64,000 nucleotides of DNA, from positions 124,001 to 188,000 of the forward strand of contig CT868659.1 of the NCBI GenBank assembly GCA_000165425.1. The letters are read 5' to 3'. The notes beneath the pieces are model-generated. The model searched no databases, was not told the DNA's origin, and worked only from the letters and a program-made list of their open reading frames with translations. Of this stretch, positions 1 to 13,680 are shown piece by piece. A program made the translations under genes and the position numbers. Source of the stretch: Paramecium tetraurelia. Lineage: Eukaryota. The stretch's first letter is position 1; the number at the start of each line of letters is the position of its first letter.

Positions 1-149
1 TTATTATATTATTAATTTATTAATGCTTCTTCCTTTATTAATTTAAAGATGAAGAAATATTATCATTTCTTACCTAATTTTAGGATGATACTTATGAAGA
101 ATAGATTGCTTATTCATTTAATTAATAATTTATATATATATTTTAATTT

Positions 150-858
150 ATGAATTAACCTTATCTTCATCCAGCGAATCAAATTATTCAGGATTCAGCA
201 CCCAAAGAAACTCTTTATGTAACTGGATTGAATGATAAAATAAAACTAGAGGACTTGAAATTTGTGTTGTACATACTCTTTTCATAATTCGGAGAAGTCC
301 TTTAAATGGTCATGAAGAAAACACAGAAATTAAGAGGATAAGCCTTTATAGTATTTTAAAACATTACTTATGCTACCAATGCTAAATCAGCTTTATCAGG
401 TATGATTGTTTACGATAAACCATTGGTATCTAATCCTGATATTTTAGATTATTGAATTTGCATACAAGAAGAGTGTTATTTTCGATAGGATCGAGGGCAA
501 ATTTTATTATAAGCAAAAGCAACACAAGGAATTGTAACCCACTTTGCCAAATGAATTGATGAAAGAAAAGAAATAGAAAAAGTTTGAAGAGAAAATACAA
601 AATAGTAGCAATTTAAATTAGGGAGAAATCAATAATGTCTTGTTGATAGAATCATTGCCTCCCTTTGTTACCGAGATCATGTTATCCGAGTTATTTAGGT
701 AATACCCTGGTTATTCACTCATTAAGTTGATACCTGCTAGAGGCTTGGCATTTGTTGAATATTAGAATGATGATCAAGCTACAGTTGCATTGAAGGGTTT
801 GAGTAACTTCAAAATCACTCCAGAGTGTCAATTAAAAGTAAAATATGCCAAAAAGTGA
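150..858 (+). CDS. U1A/U2B''-family snRNP protein (two RRMs)
   Basis: Ciliate-code translation ETLYVTGLNDKIKLEDLKFVLYILFSQFGEVLQ..KLRGQAFIVF; C-terminal RRM ending LKVKYAKK*; 22-nt intron 426-447. Confidence 0.9.
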
Positions 859-939
859 AGAGTATACAAATAAGATTATTTTTAATAACTTTTATTCATT
901 TCTGCTTATACTAATTAAATTTAATTAATCTTATTTATA

Positions 940-2185
940 TCAATCAGTACTCAATCTTTTTATCATAATTAGCTAATGCCACCATAAATGCTTATAAAGG
1001 CGAGAAAGGACTTTAAAAATCTAAATTGAATTTCCCATCATTTTCTTTTCCCAATTAGACATAGATCTATTCAGGTTATTCATTGATTTAAATTAATTAA
1101 AAGTTTTTTATTGATGAAACTTTGACTCTATCATAGAAATTCAAAGTGAAGCTCTTTGTTTTTTCATTCCACTTTGGTTTTCTGTTCATAAAAATATGAG
1201 AATCATCTTAAGGGAGTCTAAACTTAAATATTATTAATGTAAATATACTTCCTATTGTCTAGGTTCTGTGGGTTTTGAGGAAGTGATGAATTTCAGTTAA
1301 CCTATGGAATTTCGTACAGGTAATTTGTTTCTTTTTGGATTATTGCCATTATCATAAAAGAAATAATCATACTTCTTCTTACAACTAATTTGTCCAATAA
1401 AATTGGATGATTTTCTCTAAATTTTATCCTTGTTCATGCTAATAATAAATTTATGAGATGATTTCTTTGCTGCCAAAAAGATTTTGCCATTTTTCTCCAA
1501 ATAAAATTTAGGTTTCAATTTGTTTAAACCGGATGTATTAATTATCAGAGTACACTAAACTATTCCCTTTTCATTTAAAGGGGAAGCTAGAAATTCCTTA
1601 GTGCAATAGAATTCTAAAGTTTTATTGACCAATGGATAAGCTGAAACTACTGAGGCATTTGAGATTACTGAATTTTGAAGAGAAGGTCCTACTTAATCAA
1701 TTTTCTTTGGGCTCTCTTCAGCATGTATTTATTATTGATCCTCTTATGGAGATTATCGATTTTATTGGTTTAAATCATTATTTTCTTAATAATGAATATT
1801 TTCTTCATCTTCCTTTTCTGCTATTTCTTGGAACTAAATGACTGAACCATAGTCATCATCTTCACTTTCTTCTTATTTGGGCTAAATCTGATTTTCCTAA
1901 TTGAAGCGAATAGTATTTTCAACTTTAATCTAAAATTGTTAGTCACAACTTAATTACCTAATTGATGTCAAATTTTTTATCCTCTTGATAGAATGCTTGA
2001 TTTTGGCCTAGATTTTTATGAAACTATTAATTCTTAATTATTTTTGGAGGACTTGATGGACGCTGATCTTCAATTTAAATTTTTGGAGTAACAGCCTACT
2101 AATAAAGAAAATAAGGAACATTGCTAGCATATTCATCGAAGTTTATTACGTCGATTGCCTCAATATTGTCATTCTCGTTGAACAT
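940..2185 (-). CDS. Hypothetical protein, Q/S/K-rich
   Basis: MFNENDNIEAIDVINFDEY... ending HLWWHQLIMIKRLSTD*; probable short intron near 1225-1250. Confidence 0.65.
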
Positions 2186-2215
2186 ATTTAAAATATTAAA
2201 ATAAGTGATTATAAT

Positions 2216-3113
2216 TCAATGCTTTTCTGTATCTAAATCAGGGATTTTAGTTTAAAGTGTAGAAGACTAGGAAATCTTAACACTCGAACATTTAGTAGAT
2301 ATCCAATATAAAGTATGGTCAATTCTTACTTCCCAATAGCAAACCAAGTTATAAAAGTAATGCGCGTAAATATATCCTGCGGGCACCTATAATAATTTTT
2401 ATTTATATTACATCAATTGTATAATGAATTCTAAAAGATATAACAATAAAAGCCTGAAAGAAAGAAGAAACAAAAAAGAACAAGGCAAACCACCTCTTAC
2501 CCAATTTCCTCATTTCCAAAGCACAGATAACCAAGAATCCCACATGACCCTAAAATTTATGAATAAATTCTTACAGAGTAAAAGAAATCTGAATAATTCC
2601 CGTATTTTACAACAAATGTGGGGACTCCTGGATCCTTCCAGTAGTAATTATCAGCAAACTGTAGTTTAAAAATATTCAAATGAATTGCCCTTATTCCATA
2701 GAATATGATTAAAGCAGCAAATAGTCTGAAATTTCTCACATAAAATACCCAGTAGAGACTGACATAGAAAAATGCAAAGTCTAAAATGAGGCCAGAGATG
2801 ACTTGCATTAGAGAAGCAAACCTAAATTTAAATTGAATATGTACCATGTATGAGAATGATATAATTGATTGATGCCATCTGTGAAGTCGTGGCCTATATC
2901 AAATATGCCTTTGATGTCATCCTGAGGGGTACCCAAAATCTCGCCGATTTGGGTAATCACAATATAACTGAAAAAAATGAAAATTCTAAAACGAAAGTTG
3001 TAGCAAGGGTTCTCAGGTACAGCACTCTATCTATGATCGAATTTTAAAGAGGCCTCAAGTTTTTGAACTTCGTAAATTGACGAATCTTATTATTATTTAT
3101 TTGAGATATGCAT
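2216..3113 (-). CDS. PDCT(ROD1)/sphingomyelin-synthase-like membrane phosphotransferase (PAP2 superfamily)
   Basis: After splicing: hydrophobic helices plus DFFYSGHVG and RIHYTID motifs. Confidence 0.8.
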
Positions 3114-3284
3114 TTTAATAATATTATTTATTAAATTAATTATCCTTCATTAAGTATAGCAATTTATATCGTAATTTAAATTTTTTATTTAAAATGAAAG
3201 TAACTGATTTTTATTCGTTGTTGTTTTTTCCCATCAGAATTATCCATAAGAAAATTGCTTATTTATTTAAATATATATAATTAT

Positions 3285-6221
3285 TCATTCTCTGATCCCT
3301 AGGGCAATCTGCAACTTATCCACCAACATAGCACCACCAATATCAATAGCTGCACTATACAGGTCAGCCATGTCTAATTTCATTTTGACTAACGATTACG
3401 CCTATATTTCAATCTTATCTTCTAGCTCCTTTACTTAATTTTTATATTTATTCTCTATTTGGGTGTTGGTTTACAAAGCCCTTTCCAAAATTGTCTGATA
3501 CTCTTTTGATATTTTGAATCGCTCATCTGTTAAATTAACATTTTAATCTTCTAACTCTTTAGTTTTAGTGGTTTCATTCCCTTTATTACTATTGGTATTT
3601 AAATCCTCCATTTATTAGAAAGCCAAAGATTCTCTATGACTTACTAGTAAACTGGTCCTGATTTAAGCAATACTGTTTCTTTAAATTGCTTTATCCAATC
3701 TCTATAATTATAGATCTGATAATTAAAATTCTAATTCTGCTATTTTTTGCTCATATGTTTAAATCTTTTCTTTACAATTACATTATTATTATTATTGTTT
3801 TTCTTCAGCATCTTTAGCTTTAGGCAACTCACCTTTGGAAGCTTTTGCGTATTCCTCCTTCAAAGTTTTAAGTTACACTTGAAGTTCAGATCTGAGTTTT
3901 TTTTCTTTCTCATAAGCTTATTTCATTTATGTGTTTTATAACTTATACTAATCAAGAGTTTGTGATAGTGCTTCTTCCATTTAGATATTATATTGTTCAA
4001 GCTCAGAAATAAGATCCTGCTCCTTTTGAATTTCTTGATTTTTTTCTTTTAAGGCTTTTGTTTACTCAGCTAACTTGGCTTATAAGAAAACCTTTTCCTA
4101 CATAGACTCTGCTAATTACTGTTTACATTTTGCAAAGTTCGTTCTCATACTAGCAAGTTGGGCTTTAGCCTCTTCAGATGACTTTAAAGTTTCAGATTCC
4201 TATTATTTTTATTGATCTATTTGTAATTGTAGAATTCTCAATTACTCATTTTTTCTATGATATTTATGAAATAATTCATACTGTTCTATAGTTTCTTTAA
4301 GTTTAGCAAATTCATCGTTTTTGGTGTAAGTTTGCGATTGAAATTGGGGATCAGAGGACTCCATATAAATAATATTTTACTTATTAACTTTGTTCCAATT
4401 TCAATTTATATTAGGAAACTTCTAATTCTTATTCTAATTATTAAACTCTTGACTCAAAGTGTTATTGAGTAAGATTATAATTCTGCAGTTTTCTTTGAAT
4501 GGCTCTTCTTAACAATAAGAGAGGCTCAACAAGTTCCTTTTGATCCTCTAAGAAGTTTGGCACATCCTCAACTGATCTCTATAAGTATTAGATTTCGCTA
4601 TTGTAATCACTTAGGGCTTTTTGATTACTCTCATATTTGGATTACCATATTTAAATTTGGTTTTTCAATCTATTTATTTATTATTCTGATTTAGATCTAA
4701 CATTTATTTCATCTATCTATTTCTCGGAGGAAATAATTTGAGTCTTTGATTCATGGCTTAATCTATTAGATTCAGCATCCTTCCTAAAGGATTCATCCAT
4801 CTTCTATTGTAAACTTTGGACTATCTCATCCTTTTTGGCCAATTCTGACTCATATTTTTATTGTAAATTGTCTAACTCTTATTATTTAAGCTTTAAAGTT
4901 GATTATAATTCTTCAATTAATTTATCATTTTAAATAGCATTGATTGGCTATTACTATAATTTAAAATCACAAATTTTACATCTACATATTTTTAATTGAT
5001 ATCCTTTTATTGAGCTAAATCTTTCTCCAATAATAAATTTCGCTATTACAAGGCAGAAATTGTTCCGGATGTTAAGTTTTTCATATTCTGAATTTATTCA
5101 TTTTTGTCTTTGACTTAAAGTCGCAAGGCTTCAATTTCTTGATTAATTTGTTCTATTTTTTGAACCAAAGACTCATTCAATTATTTTAATTCCTCTTTTT
5201 CTGAGTTTATTTTTTATAAATCTGGTTAAATCACTTATTCGTCACTCTGCTGTGATTATTGTCTGTTAATTGACTTTGATTAAGAATTGACTTGCTGAAT
5301 TTATTTAAGTTTAGTCAGCTCTTCATTTTACCTTTCAATTGTAAGTCGTTATGCTTGCAATTATAAATTAATTTATGTATTATCATCATTAATTGATTAA
5401 ATCCTCTTATCTTAATCCTTTAATTATTATTCATATTTATTTATCATGTTCTAATGGATTTCTTGTTCAACCATATCATTAATTTTACTCTCAAGTTGTT
5501 AAATATATTTATTTTATTCATTAATTTTGACATCTTTATTGATTAATAACTAATTTTCGATTTCTGGTGTCTTTTATTTTATTCCAGATTCATCTAATTT
5601 TTTTTCTGTTAATAAAACCTAGTCTGGGGACTTTTATAAGTTTTAAATAGTAAATGATTCTTGACCGGAAGTGATAACAGAAACTTATGATAAATCTAAA
5701 GATTAATCATTAATTTCAACGCTATTGTAAATTGTATATAATACTCATTCTCAAGCTCAGCCATTCTAGTTATCTTAAAGTTAACCAATAATTTTGCTTT
5801 TTTATCTGGACACTTGTCTAACGCTAATGTTTCTTAAAATTCTAAATTGAATCTTAAAAATCTATTGTACCTAGGTTTTATGAATTCAAATATTGGGAGA
5901 ATTCAAGGTTATAAAAACCAGCGCTTTTCTGTCCTTTTTCAGTCACTAATATAACAACTAATTAGGCTTTATTTTCTTCTATGTTTCCATCTTGTGTTAG
6001 AGTAGCATTTATATTAAATTGCAGATTTTCATTGATTACAGCCACACCTTACTGTAATTCATAGATCTGCTGGGTTTCAAACTTCTAAGAACCTATGAAA
6101 TAACTAAAAATAATGGAATACCTTTTTTAATGACAACCTGAACCTTGCAAGGAAAATGTACTAATAATTAAACATTCAATATGGTGGCTTCGACTAAGAA
6201 CTTGTACCCTCTTCTATTCAT
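3285..6221 (-). CDS. N-terminal C2 (NT-C2/EEIG1-like) plus long coiled-coil protein
   Basis: MNRRGYKFLVEATILNVQLLVHFPCKVQVVIKK..GQKSAGFYNLEFSQYL, then Q/E/K heptads; several tiny introns; joining across 4359-4380 needs a GT..GAG intron. Confidence 0.65.
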
Positions 6222-6476
6222 TAATATATAATATAACAAAATAATTACAAAATTATTTAGCAGCAATAATTTTATTATTATTTAGAAAGAATTAAGCTGA
6301 GTTATTTTACTTGATAAATAAAAATATGAATCCAATTACAGAATAAGACCACACTAGATATGGGCATATGCTTTATCCATAAATTATTAATTGACCGAAC
6401 TAGAACAATAACAATAACCGTTTTCTTATGACAATCACTATTAATAAGTCTTCTAGGCAATAATATATATTAATTA

Positions 6477-7253
6477 TCAATGCTTAAGATTGCCAATATA
6501 ATCCTGCTCCAAAAAAGCATGTCCATTGACCCAAGGATGGAATTGGTTAAACAATTTTGTACAGTCTTTTCCTGCTCCCAACATCAATTTTTCTGCTCCT
6601 CCAGGATGATAATCCACATATATAGAAATGTCATACACCTTTCCATTTAAAACTGTCCAAACATCTCCAGGTGTATTGTGTTTTGAAATTTCTTCAGCAG
6701 TATAATTCTTAAAAGCTGGCTTATTCTTTCTTGGCAATTAAGCAAACTACATTTGACCTCCCTTTACTTGAACCTTTGCCCTCTTTGCCACCTCTTCTTA
6801 TGGGAGTAAAGGAGCAATAAATCTGCTCTCTGCAAAATTAGGTTTGCTTGACAAAAACGCCCCTGTGCTTTAATTGAAAGATGACAGCATTTTCTTTATT
6901 TGTTCAAATGTGATTTCTGTGGATTCAGTTTTGCGTCCATTCCTATACTTTTCTTTACAAATCTTCCCATCTTTAGGCTCATAGGTATATCTGACTTCTT
7001 TTTGAGAAGTGGAATCCATCGAATTTTTCACTCCAGGAACAAACAAATACACAAAACGATTATCCACACATTCCTCTAATGTTAGTTTTTGCATCTTTTG
7101 AGATTGCAGCAGTATTTTATCTGTCATTGAGAATTTTTTATAGTCCATAATGATATAATCTAGAATTAGATGAAGCTCTTCTTTAGTTGAATTTCGATGT
7201 AGGATTTCATCTATTCTATCATCTGTAACAATCGAAGTTATCTTGTCTTCCAT
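6477..7253 (-). CDS. Cytochrome b5-like heme-binding domain protein (IRC21/CYB5R4-type b5 domain)
   Basis: ORFs 6870-7253 and 6477-6737 are one frame when TAA = Gln; HPGG and FHPWVN heme ligands. Confidence 0.9.
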
Positions 7254-8089
7254 GGGTAAATTGCAATCTTAAATAAAATATTTATTTTAGAATTAGAGAA
7301 ATAATTCTTAATTTTAAATTATTTATTTGTAAATCTAAAGATTATCATTTAATACAACCTATTTTTTTGACTTAAATTATTCTTTAAAGCTATTTTATAT
7401 TGTAGTATGAAATTTCATTTAAATTTCTCTTGCTTATCTTATGATAATGAACAATTGGAAGATACCACAAAGCTATTATATTTAAATTAAAAATATTTAA
7501 TGAATTGGATTTATAAACTAGTCAAAATAAAAGTTAAGTTCCTTTCTAATTATTTCAGTAATGTTTTAGAATGAAGATGAAAAGGCAAAAAGCTTTGACT
7601 ACTATATTGATTAAACTATGTAAGCAATTGATAAATCAAGAAGAACGTAAAGTAATTATCATCACCAACTCAGATATATAAAAAAAATATAGATATTTAA
7701 GTAAATAGAGTTTCTTCTTAATTTTAAAGAGAATTAATTTTTTTAAATAACACGTTAACAATATATAGATGTGGTTAACTATACTCTATTAAATTAAATC
7801 AATTCTTAGAAGAACCCAATTAAACAAATCATATGTAAGTTTTACTAAAAAAATTTATTAATAGGTTACCAAATTAAATAAAGAACAGATTTTTTAGGAT
7901 TTTCTATTTCATTTGATTCCTCTTATATTCTTTTACCGAGGATGAGTAAAAAATATAGAAGAAAATGTCATATAAATAGTAAACAATAGATAGATTAAAA
8001 ATGGGGATATCTGGGAAATGAATGTGTAAAAAGAATATTGATTTTATTGCTCTGTATAAATTGTACCGACAATAGATAATATTAACATT

Positions 8090-8161
8090 TCCGGTATAGT
8101 CTAGTGGTTAGGATATCAGGTTTTCACCCTGGGGACCCGGGTTCAATCCCCGGTATCGGAA
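8090..8161 (+). tRNA. tRNA-Glu (anticodon TTC)
   Basis: Acceptor stem TCCGGTA/TATCGGA, D-loop TAGTGGTTAG, anticodon arm TCAGG-TT-TTC-AC-CCTGG, T-loop GTTCAAT, followed by an oligo-T run (Pol III terminator). Confidence 0.97.
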
Positions 8162-8260
8162 AAATTTTTTTGTTTATAATATATATCGTTTTTTTGAGTT
8201 GATTTGGTTGAAGTATTATTTTGAATAAGAATGATGAATGGAGATTTTTACAATTAATAA

Positions 8261-9419
8261 TCAAGCAATATTCACAAAACAATTTTTAAATTTATTATTG
8301 ACTATTTCCTTTATTTTTTGTCTGGTTTCTCTCTTTTTTGAACCTTCTGCCAAAATGATGGCATTATGGTCAGCCCCGTGATTCCAAATGTATACTTCAC
8401 TATTGAATTCTTATAGCAATTATCGTATCCCTGTGAATTTTTCATTAGTTGCCAAAAGCAATGCCTAAATAGAGGTTTGAACCAATGGAGATAATTGAAT
8501 CTAATCTTAAATAAATATGATATACAATAATAATGATTGTGTTGGTCATTGCAATAATTGTACCTATGGCTGCATAAGATAAAGAATTATCAAGCATGCA
8601 TTCTAGAAATGTGCCTATGTTGAAGAGTAATTCGCATAAGAATAGCATAGTAATGGCATGCATATTCAAATAATGGGTGTAATAATATTTGGATGGATTT
8701 GAACCAATTAAATCTTTGTAGTTGCTTACAAACTATTGAAGTTACTCCTTGTCAGTAATAAAATTTGGTTGGATGTATTCAACAAACAAGAAGATTCCTG
8801 CGAATGACAAGGCTATTCTCAATGAGGCATAGTACAATTCATTGTTTTAATTTTATTATTGTTCATCAGTTGGATGATTAATGACGTGAAGATCCTCTAG
8901 GATTTCGTGTGCATTTCTTGATATTTGGAACATAGTCAATATTGATACATGAATGCATAATGTAAAAGAGGATAAATATTCTAATCTTTACATTGCAAAT
9001 GGATATGTTTTGGTTGGCTGAAATGTTTTTGCTTTGATACCGCAATAGATGGCAAACACAATTACTATTGAGTTTAATATGCAATCAAAGCTCTCTTCTG
9101 TCAAATGAACACTTGAACTTGTTAATCCTGAATAAAAGGCTTAAACAGCAAGGGCAATATACAAGAATGCTATGATTATAGCTTATTTATAATCTGAACT
9201 TCCAAATATGAATTTTATAAATTAAGTATCTTAACTTTATTCTTGTTCAGGTTCAAAATGATCTGCATGATCATGATCGTGATCATGGTGATCGTGATCG
9301 TGTTCACAATGATCATGATCATGATGAGGGTGATTATGATCATGATGATTATGATGGTGATGAGTATCACAATTGTGATCTCCACAATCACAGAATGTTA
9401 ATGACTATTATTCTGACAT
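8261..9419 (-). CDS. Cation diffusion facilitator (CDF/ZnT-like) transporter with His-rich N-terminus
   Basis: H/D-rich N-terminus; KTYPFAMQRLEYLSSF and NMHAITMLFLCE resemble CDF signatures; 25-nt intron near 8501-8525 restores QLSPLVQTSIQALLL. Confidence 0.75.
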
Positions 9420-9444
9420 TTAATTAAATAAATAATAATAATTG

Positions 9445-11973
9445 ATGTTAATCATCATTTTGTTAAATTTATAAGTTGCAGTATACACGCGTTATGCAGC
9501 TACATAAGTTAAAAATACTGCAGCTTTTAAATAATTTAAACTTCATACAAGTGAGACTTCAGTATCCAGAGCAGGACATAAAATAAATTTAGAATAAAAT
9601 CTCATTTTAGAAATTAGATAAGAAAACATTGATTAAGTTGATATTCAAATCTATGATGAGGCAAATAAACACTTTAGAATACCATCAGATCCTGTAATAG
9701 AATTCACTTATAATAGCCGTTCAACTATAATGATGTGAAGGATCCTTAATAATTCGACCATTATGATTATGACGTCAAAGTACAAGAAAATCCTATTGCG
9801 ATACAAATACAAAGAGATGATGCTACCATTTTTCAAATAACCGATTTAATCTTTAGTGAAACATATATTGAATTCACTCACATTCCACAAAATAAATAAA
9901 TGTGGGGGTTGGGAGAAAGAAATTAAGTAGGATTTCGTTTCAGAGAAGGAATTTACACTTTATTTGCAAGAGATGAACCAAACATAATAGAAGATGGAAA
10001 ACGACCAGGAAAGCATGTTTATTCTAGTCACCCAGTCTTATTAAGTATGGAAGAAAGTGGCAAATTCAATGTGATGTTCTACAAAACTTCATCTCCCATG
10101 GATGTTACTTATGAAGAGGACAAAATGAAATTTATAACCATCGGTGGAATCATACATATAAAATTATTTTTGGGTGATTCTTCTCCAAGAACTGCAATTA
10201 AAAAATATCATTAATATTTGGGTGGTTGGATGCTCCCACCATTTTGGGGATTTGGATTTCATCAATGTAGATGGGGATATAAAAACAGCAGTGTATTAAT
10301 AGATGTTGTACAACAATATTAAAAAAACCACATACCTATTGATATCATTTGGACTGATCTTGACTATATGGATGATAGATAAATATTTTCTGTAGATAAT
10401 CACAATTTCCCCAAGAAAGATTACCAATACTTAAAAGGGTTAGGTGTGAGATACATTCCTTTGTTAGATGTGGCTGTTGGAGTGAAATATGGGGCTAAAG
10501 ACCAAGGTTACAAAAAAGGAACAGAATATGATGTTTTTTTATATTCACCATATACTGGATATCGCTTTTAGGGTTATGTTTGGCCAGGTGATTCCTATTT
10601 TCCTGATTTCTTTCATCCAAATATCAGTTAATATTGGAATGAGATGCACGAACATTTATATGAATAAGTGGAATTTGATGGACTATGGGTTGATATGAAT
10701 GAGCCAGCTAATTTCTGTGAAGGAGAATGCAATTGGAGTACTCATCATCGCGATCATCCTAAGAGAGAGGACAAATTGAATAAGGAAATCATATTTCCAT
10801 ACATCCCAGGAGAAATACCATTAGCTAATAAAACATTACCTCCTCATTTATTACATCATGGACAATATTTACATAAGGATGTACATAATCTCTATGGAAT
10901 CATGGATTCTTACTATACTTATTAGGCTTAAAAAGCTTTGGGGAAAGTACAACCCTTTCAAATCACCAGATCAACATTTCCAGGTACTGGTAAATATGCT
11001 TAACATTGGACAGGAGATAATGGAGCATCATGGGATTTCCTTTATTTATCACTGGGACAAGTATTTTAATTTTAAATATTCGGAATTCCAATGGTTGGAG
11101 CTGATGTTTGTGGCTTTATGGGTGACACAAACGACAAGCTCTGTTGTAGATGGATTTAATTGGGCTTCTTTTACCCCTTCTTCAGAAACCATAATAATGA
11201 TTTATCAAAACCATAAGAGTTCTTCAATCTTGGAGTTCAGGTTGTTTAATCTGCTTAAAAAAATATCCATCTTAGGTACACATTATTGAAATGGTTTTAT
11301 TCTATTTTCATTCGAGAATAAAATCATGGCTCAAGTATACTATAATAAATAACTATTAGTAATAAACCCCTTGTTTTTCATATTCCCTGAGGATTATCTT
11401 ACATATAGAGATTTTGTGATGGATACTCAATTGTTAATTGGTGAAGAGTTAATGGGTGCCCCAATTCTCAAAGAAGGAGTGACAAGAGTAGCCTATTTCC
11501 CAGATTCAAATTGGTATGACCTAATTACTGGATTGGAATTGAAGGGCAAATAAGATCACACTCTCTATTGTTCATACAATGAAATAGTGCCAATATTTAT
11601 CAGAAGTGGTTACTTAGTGATACAAAATACAAAAGAGATCATTAAAAATCTGAAATCTTTAGATAATCATTATAGAATTATTGCAGCTCCAATTAATTCA
11701 GAAGCAAAAGGAGTATTTGCTGATTTGGATAATTTTGAGGATGAAGAGAAAGCACTTGAAGCTGAACTCATTAATATAAAATTAGTAGTCGAGGAGAAAA
11801 GTGTAAAGATTAGTATTTCCAAAAGTCATTCAGAACTAATAATTGATGAAATACTAATTTATGGATTAGAATGTTCGTATAAGTAATGCACATCTGGGTA
11901 TTATAAATACAACTCAGTATTCAAGGGTCCATTTAGTTTGGGATAGGATAAAACTGAATTAGTGCTAAAATGA
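9445..11973 (+). CDS. Glycoside hydrolase family 31 alpha-glucosidase (secreted/lysosomal)
   Basis: Signal-like N-terminus; [23 protein letters not shown], catalytic WVDMNEP, HWTGDN, YPFFRNH; two tiny introns. Confidence 0.95.
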
Positions 11974-12044
11974 TGTATTTTTGTTCAATATCTAGATTTA
12001 CTTTATAATTCGACATCGAAGATATTTTATTAAATAAATATATA

Positions 12045-13680
12045 TCATCTTTTATGGTGTTTCTTGTGATGTCTATCCTTTTTATGTCTATGCTTTTTGT
12101 GCTTCTTCCTTTTAGATCTACTTCTACTAGAATCTGAAGATGAATCAGACGATGAATCACTATCAGAATCAGAAGAACTGCTGCTTTCTGGTACTTTTTA
12201 TTTGATTTCAACTGGTTTTGTAAGAGTTGGTTACACTAATTAGGGTGGCTATTATTATTATTATTAAGTTGGTTATGGTATTTATTCAGTGATCCCCCAT
12301 CTCAATTCCTCTTAGAACTTTTCAACATAAGCATAATCAACTAATTTTAATTTGAGTTTTTCATTTTTATACTCAAATACCTTGTTTCGGTCATTGATTA
12401 ATCTTTTAGCATCTCTCTCATTTTCATATCTAACAAATGCTACATTTCTGGTATTACCTGTTTGACGATCAATTGGAATTTTCAATTCTTTTATTTTGCC
12501 TTCCTTTCTAAATAATTCCATCAATTCCAAATGACTAGCTTTTTCAGGTAAATTCTTTATCAGAATTGTATCTTCAATGGCCCCTGATAACGTAGCCTTC
12601 AACTCTTCTTAACTCATCTTTCCCTTATTAATCCGCTCCAATTGTTTTAAGTCATTTCGCAACTTCTCAACTTTTTCCTTCAACCACTTCTTGCAATCAT
12701 CATAAGATATTAACACTTAATATATTCTAGTACTCTTAGCAAACTTAATCTTGTCTTCATTAGCCAATACCACTGGTAAATGTGGTTCAACAAATTATTC
12801 ATTATGAAAAGTACCTCCCTTCGAACCCAAATCAACTAAGCACACTTACGATTAATTATTGATAAAAATAGCTGCATGTCTCCTGGATATAGAAGGATGT
12901 GCTAAATGAACATGATTTCTTTGATGAGATCCAAAATATAAGAAAGCTGAATGTTTCATCTCAATCTTAGGCAAATTCTCTCCCTCTATTATTTAATATA
13001 TTTATTTACCTTTCAAAACCTTCAACTCCACCTTTGGAATCATCTTTGACTCTTACTCAATTGGAAATGTCATCAATAACCACTTGTCTTGATCCTCATA
13101 ATTATTAATGTCAGTTCTGATTTGTTCGAGTAATCTTCCAATTTAGTTCTAACCCTTCCCATCCACTACTCCCCAATACTGATTGCTTGGAGTGGAATGT
13201 GTAAATGTGTGAATCAATTAATAGTTATTTGTGGCTCTCAATGAATCTCTTATGTCGGCATTCCTCCTGAACTTGTCTCTCAACAACACCTCCATTATTC
13301 GCAGTCTTTATTTTGTCCAATGAGGGGGATCATCTATATGTTAGGCTATCTAATAGACTTCCTGAACTGATTATGCCTATTTCACTCGAAATTGATATAT
13401 ACATTCACAAATTTCTACCTCATTTCCTCGTCCTGGGTTCTGGCAGATTAATATGCTGCATATACTGAATTATATATCAATCCCTATATTAATCAATTGA
13501 CTTCTCTACCTAGTAATAAACAGCACAGGGATATTCATTCGCCAAAAATTCAAATTGATCTGTAAATGATTCAATTCTTTCCATCCTCTATTTTCGAAAC
13601 AGAAAGTCAGCCTGCTCTTCATATCTCTAGAGCTCAGCTTGAAATTAGGCATTCTTTTCCATTTAAGCAAAAAGAGACAT
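12045..13680 (-). CDS. NADAR(YbiA)-like domain + FHA + RRM protein with Ser/Lys/His-rich tail
   Basis: FLANEYP..WTKQRLRIMEVLLRDKF..YWGVVDGKGQNQIGRLLEQIR (NADAR); HPSISRRHA..VDLGSKGGTF (FHA); LIKNLP..RNVAFVRY (RRM); three tiny introns. Confidence 0.85.

Noticed and set aside
1632..1841. Hydrophobic ORFs in the supplied track (e.g. 1632, 3747, 14882, 16566, 29348, 43388, 50932)
   Set aside because: Antisense shadows of real Q/K/E-rich genes on the other strand
7407..8050. Possible spliced gene upstream of the tRNA
   Set aside because: Intron-like segments exist, but I could not build a consistent start-to-TGA model or recognise a family
9262..9381. GATCAT repeats as a CRISPR or non-coding repeat array
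   Set aside because: They encode the His/Asp tract of the CDF protein; no repeat-spacer structure
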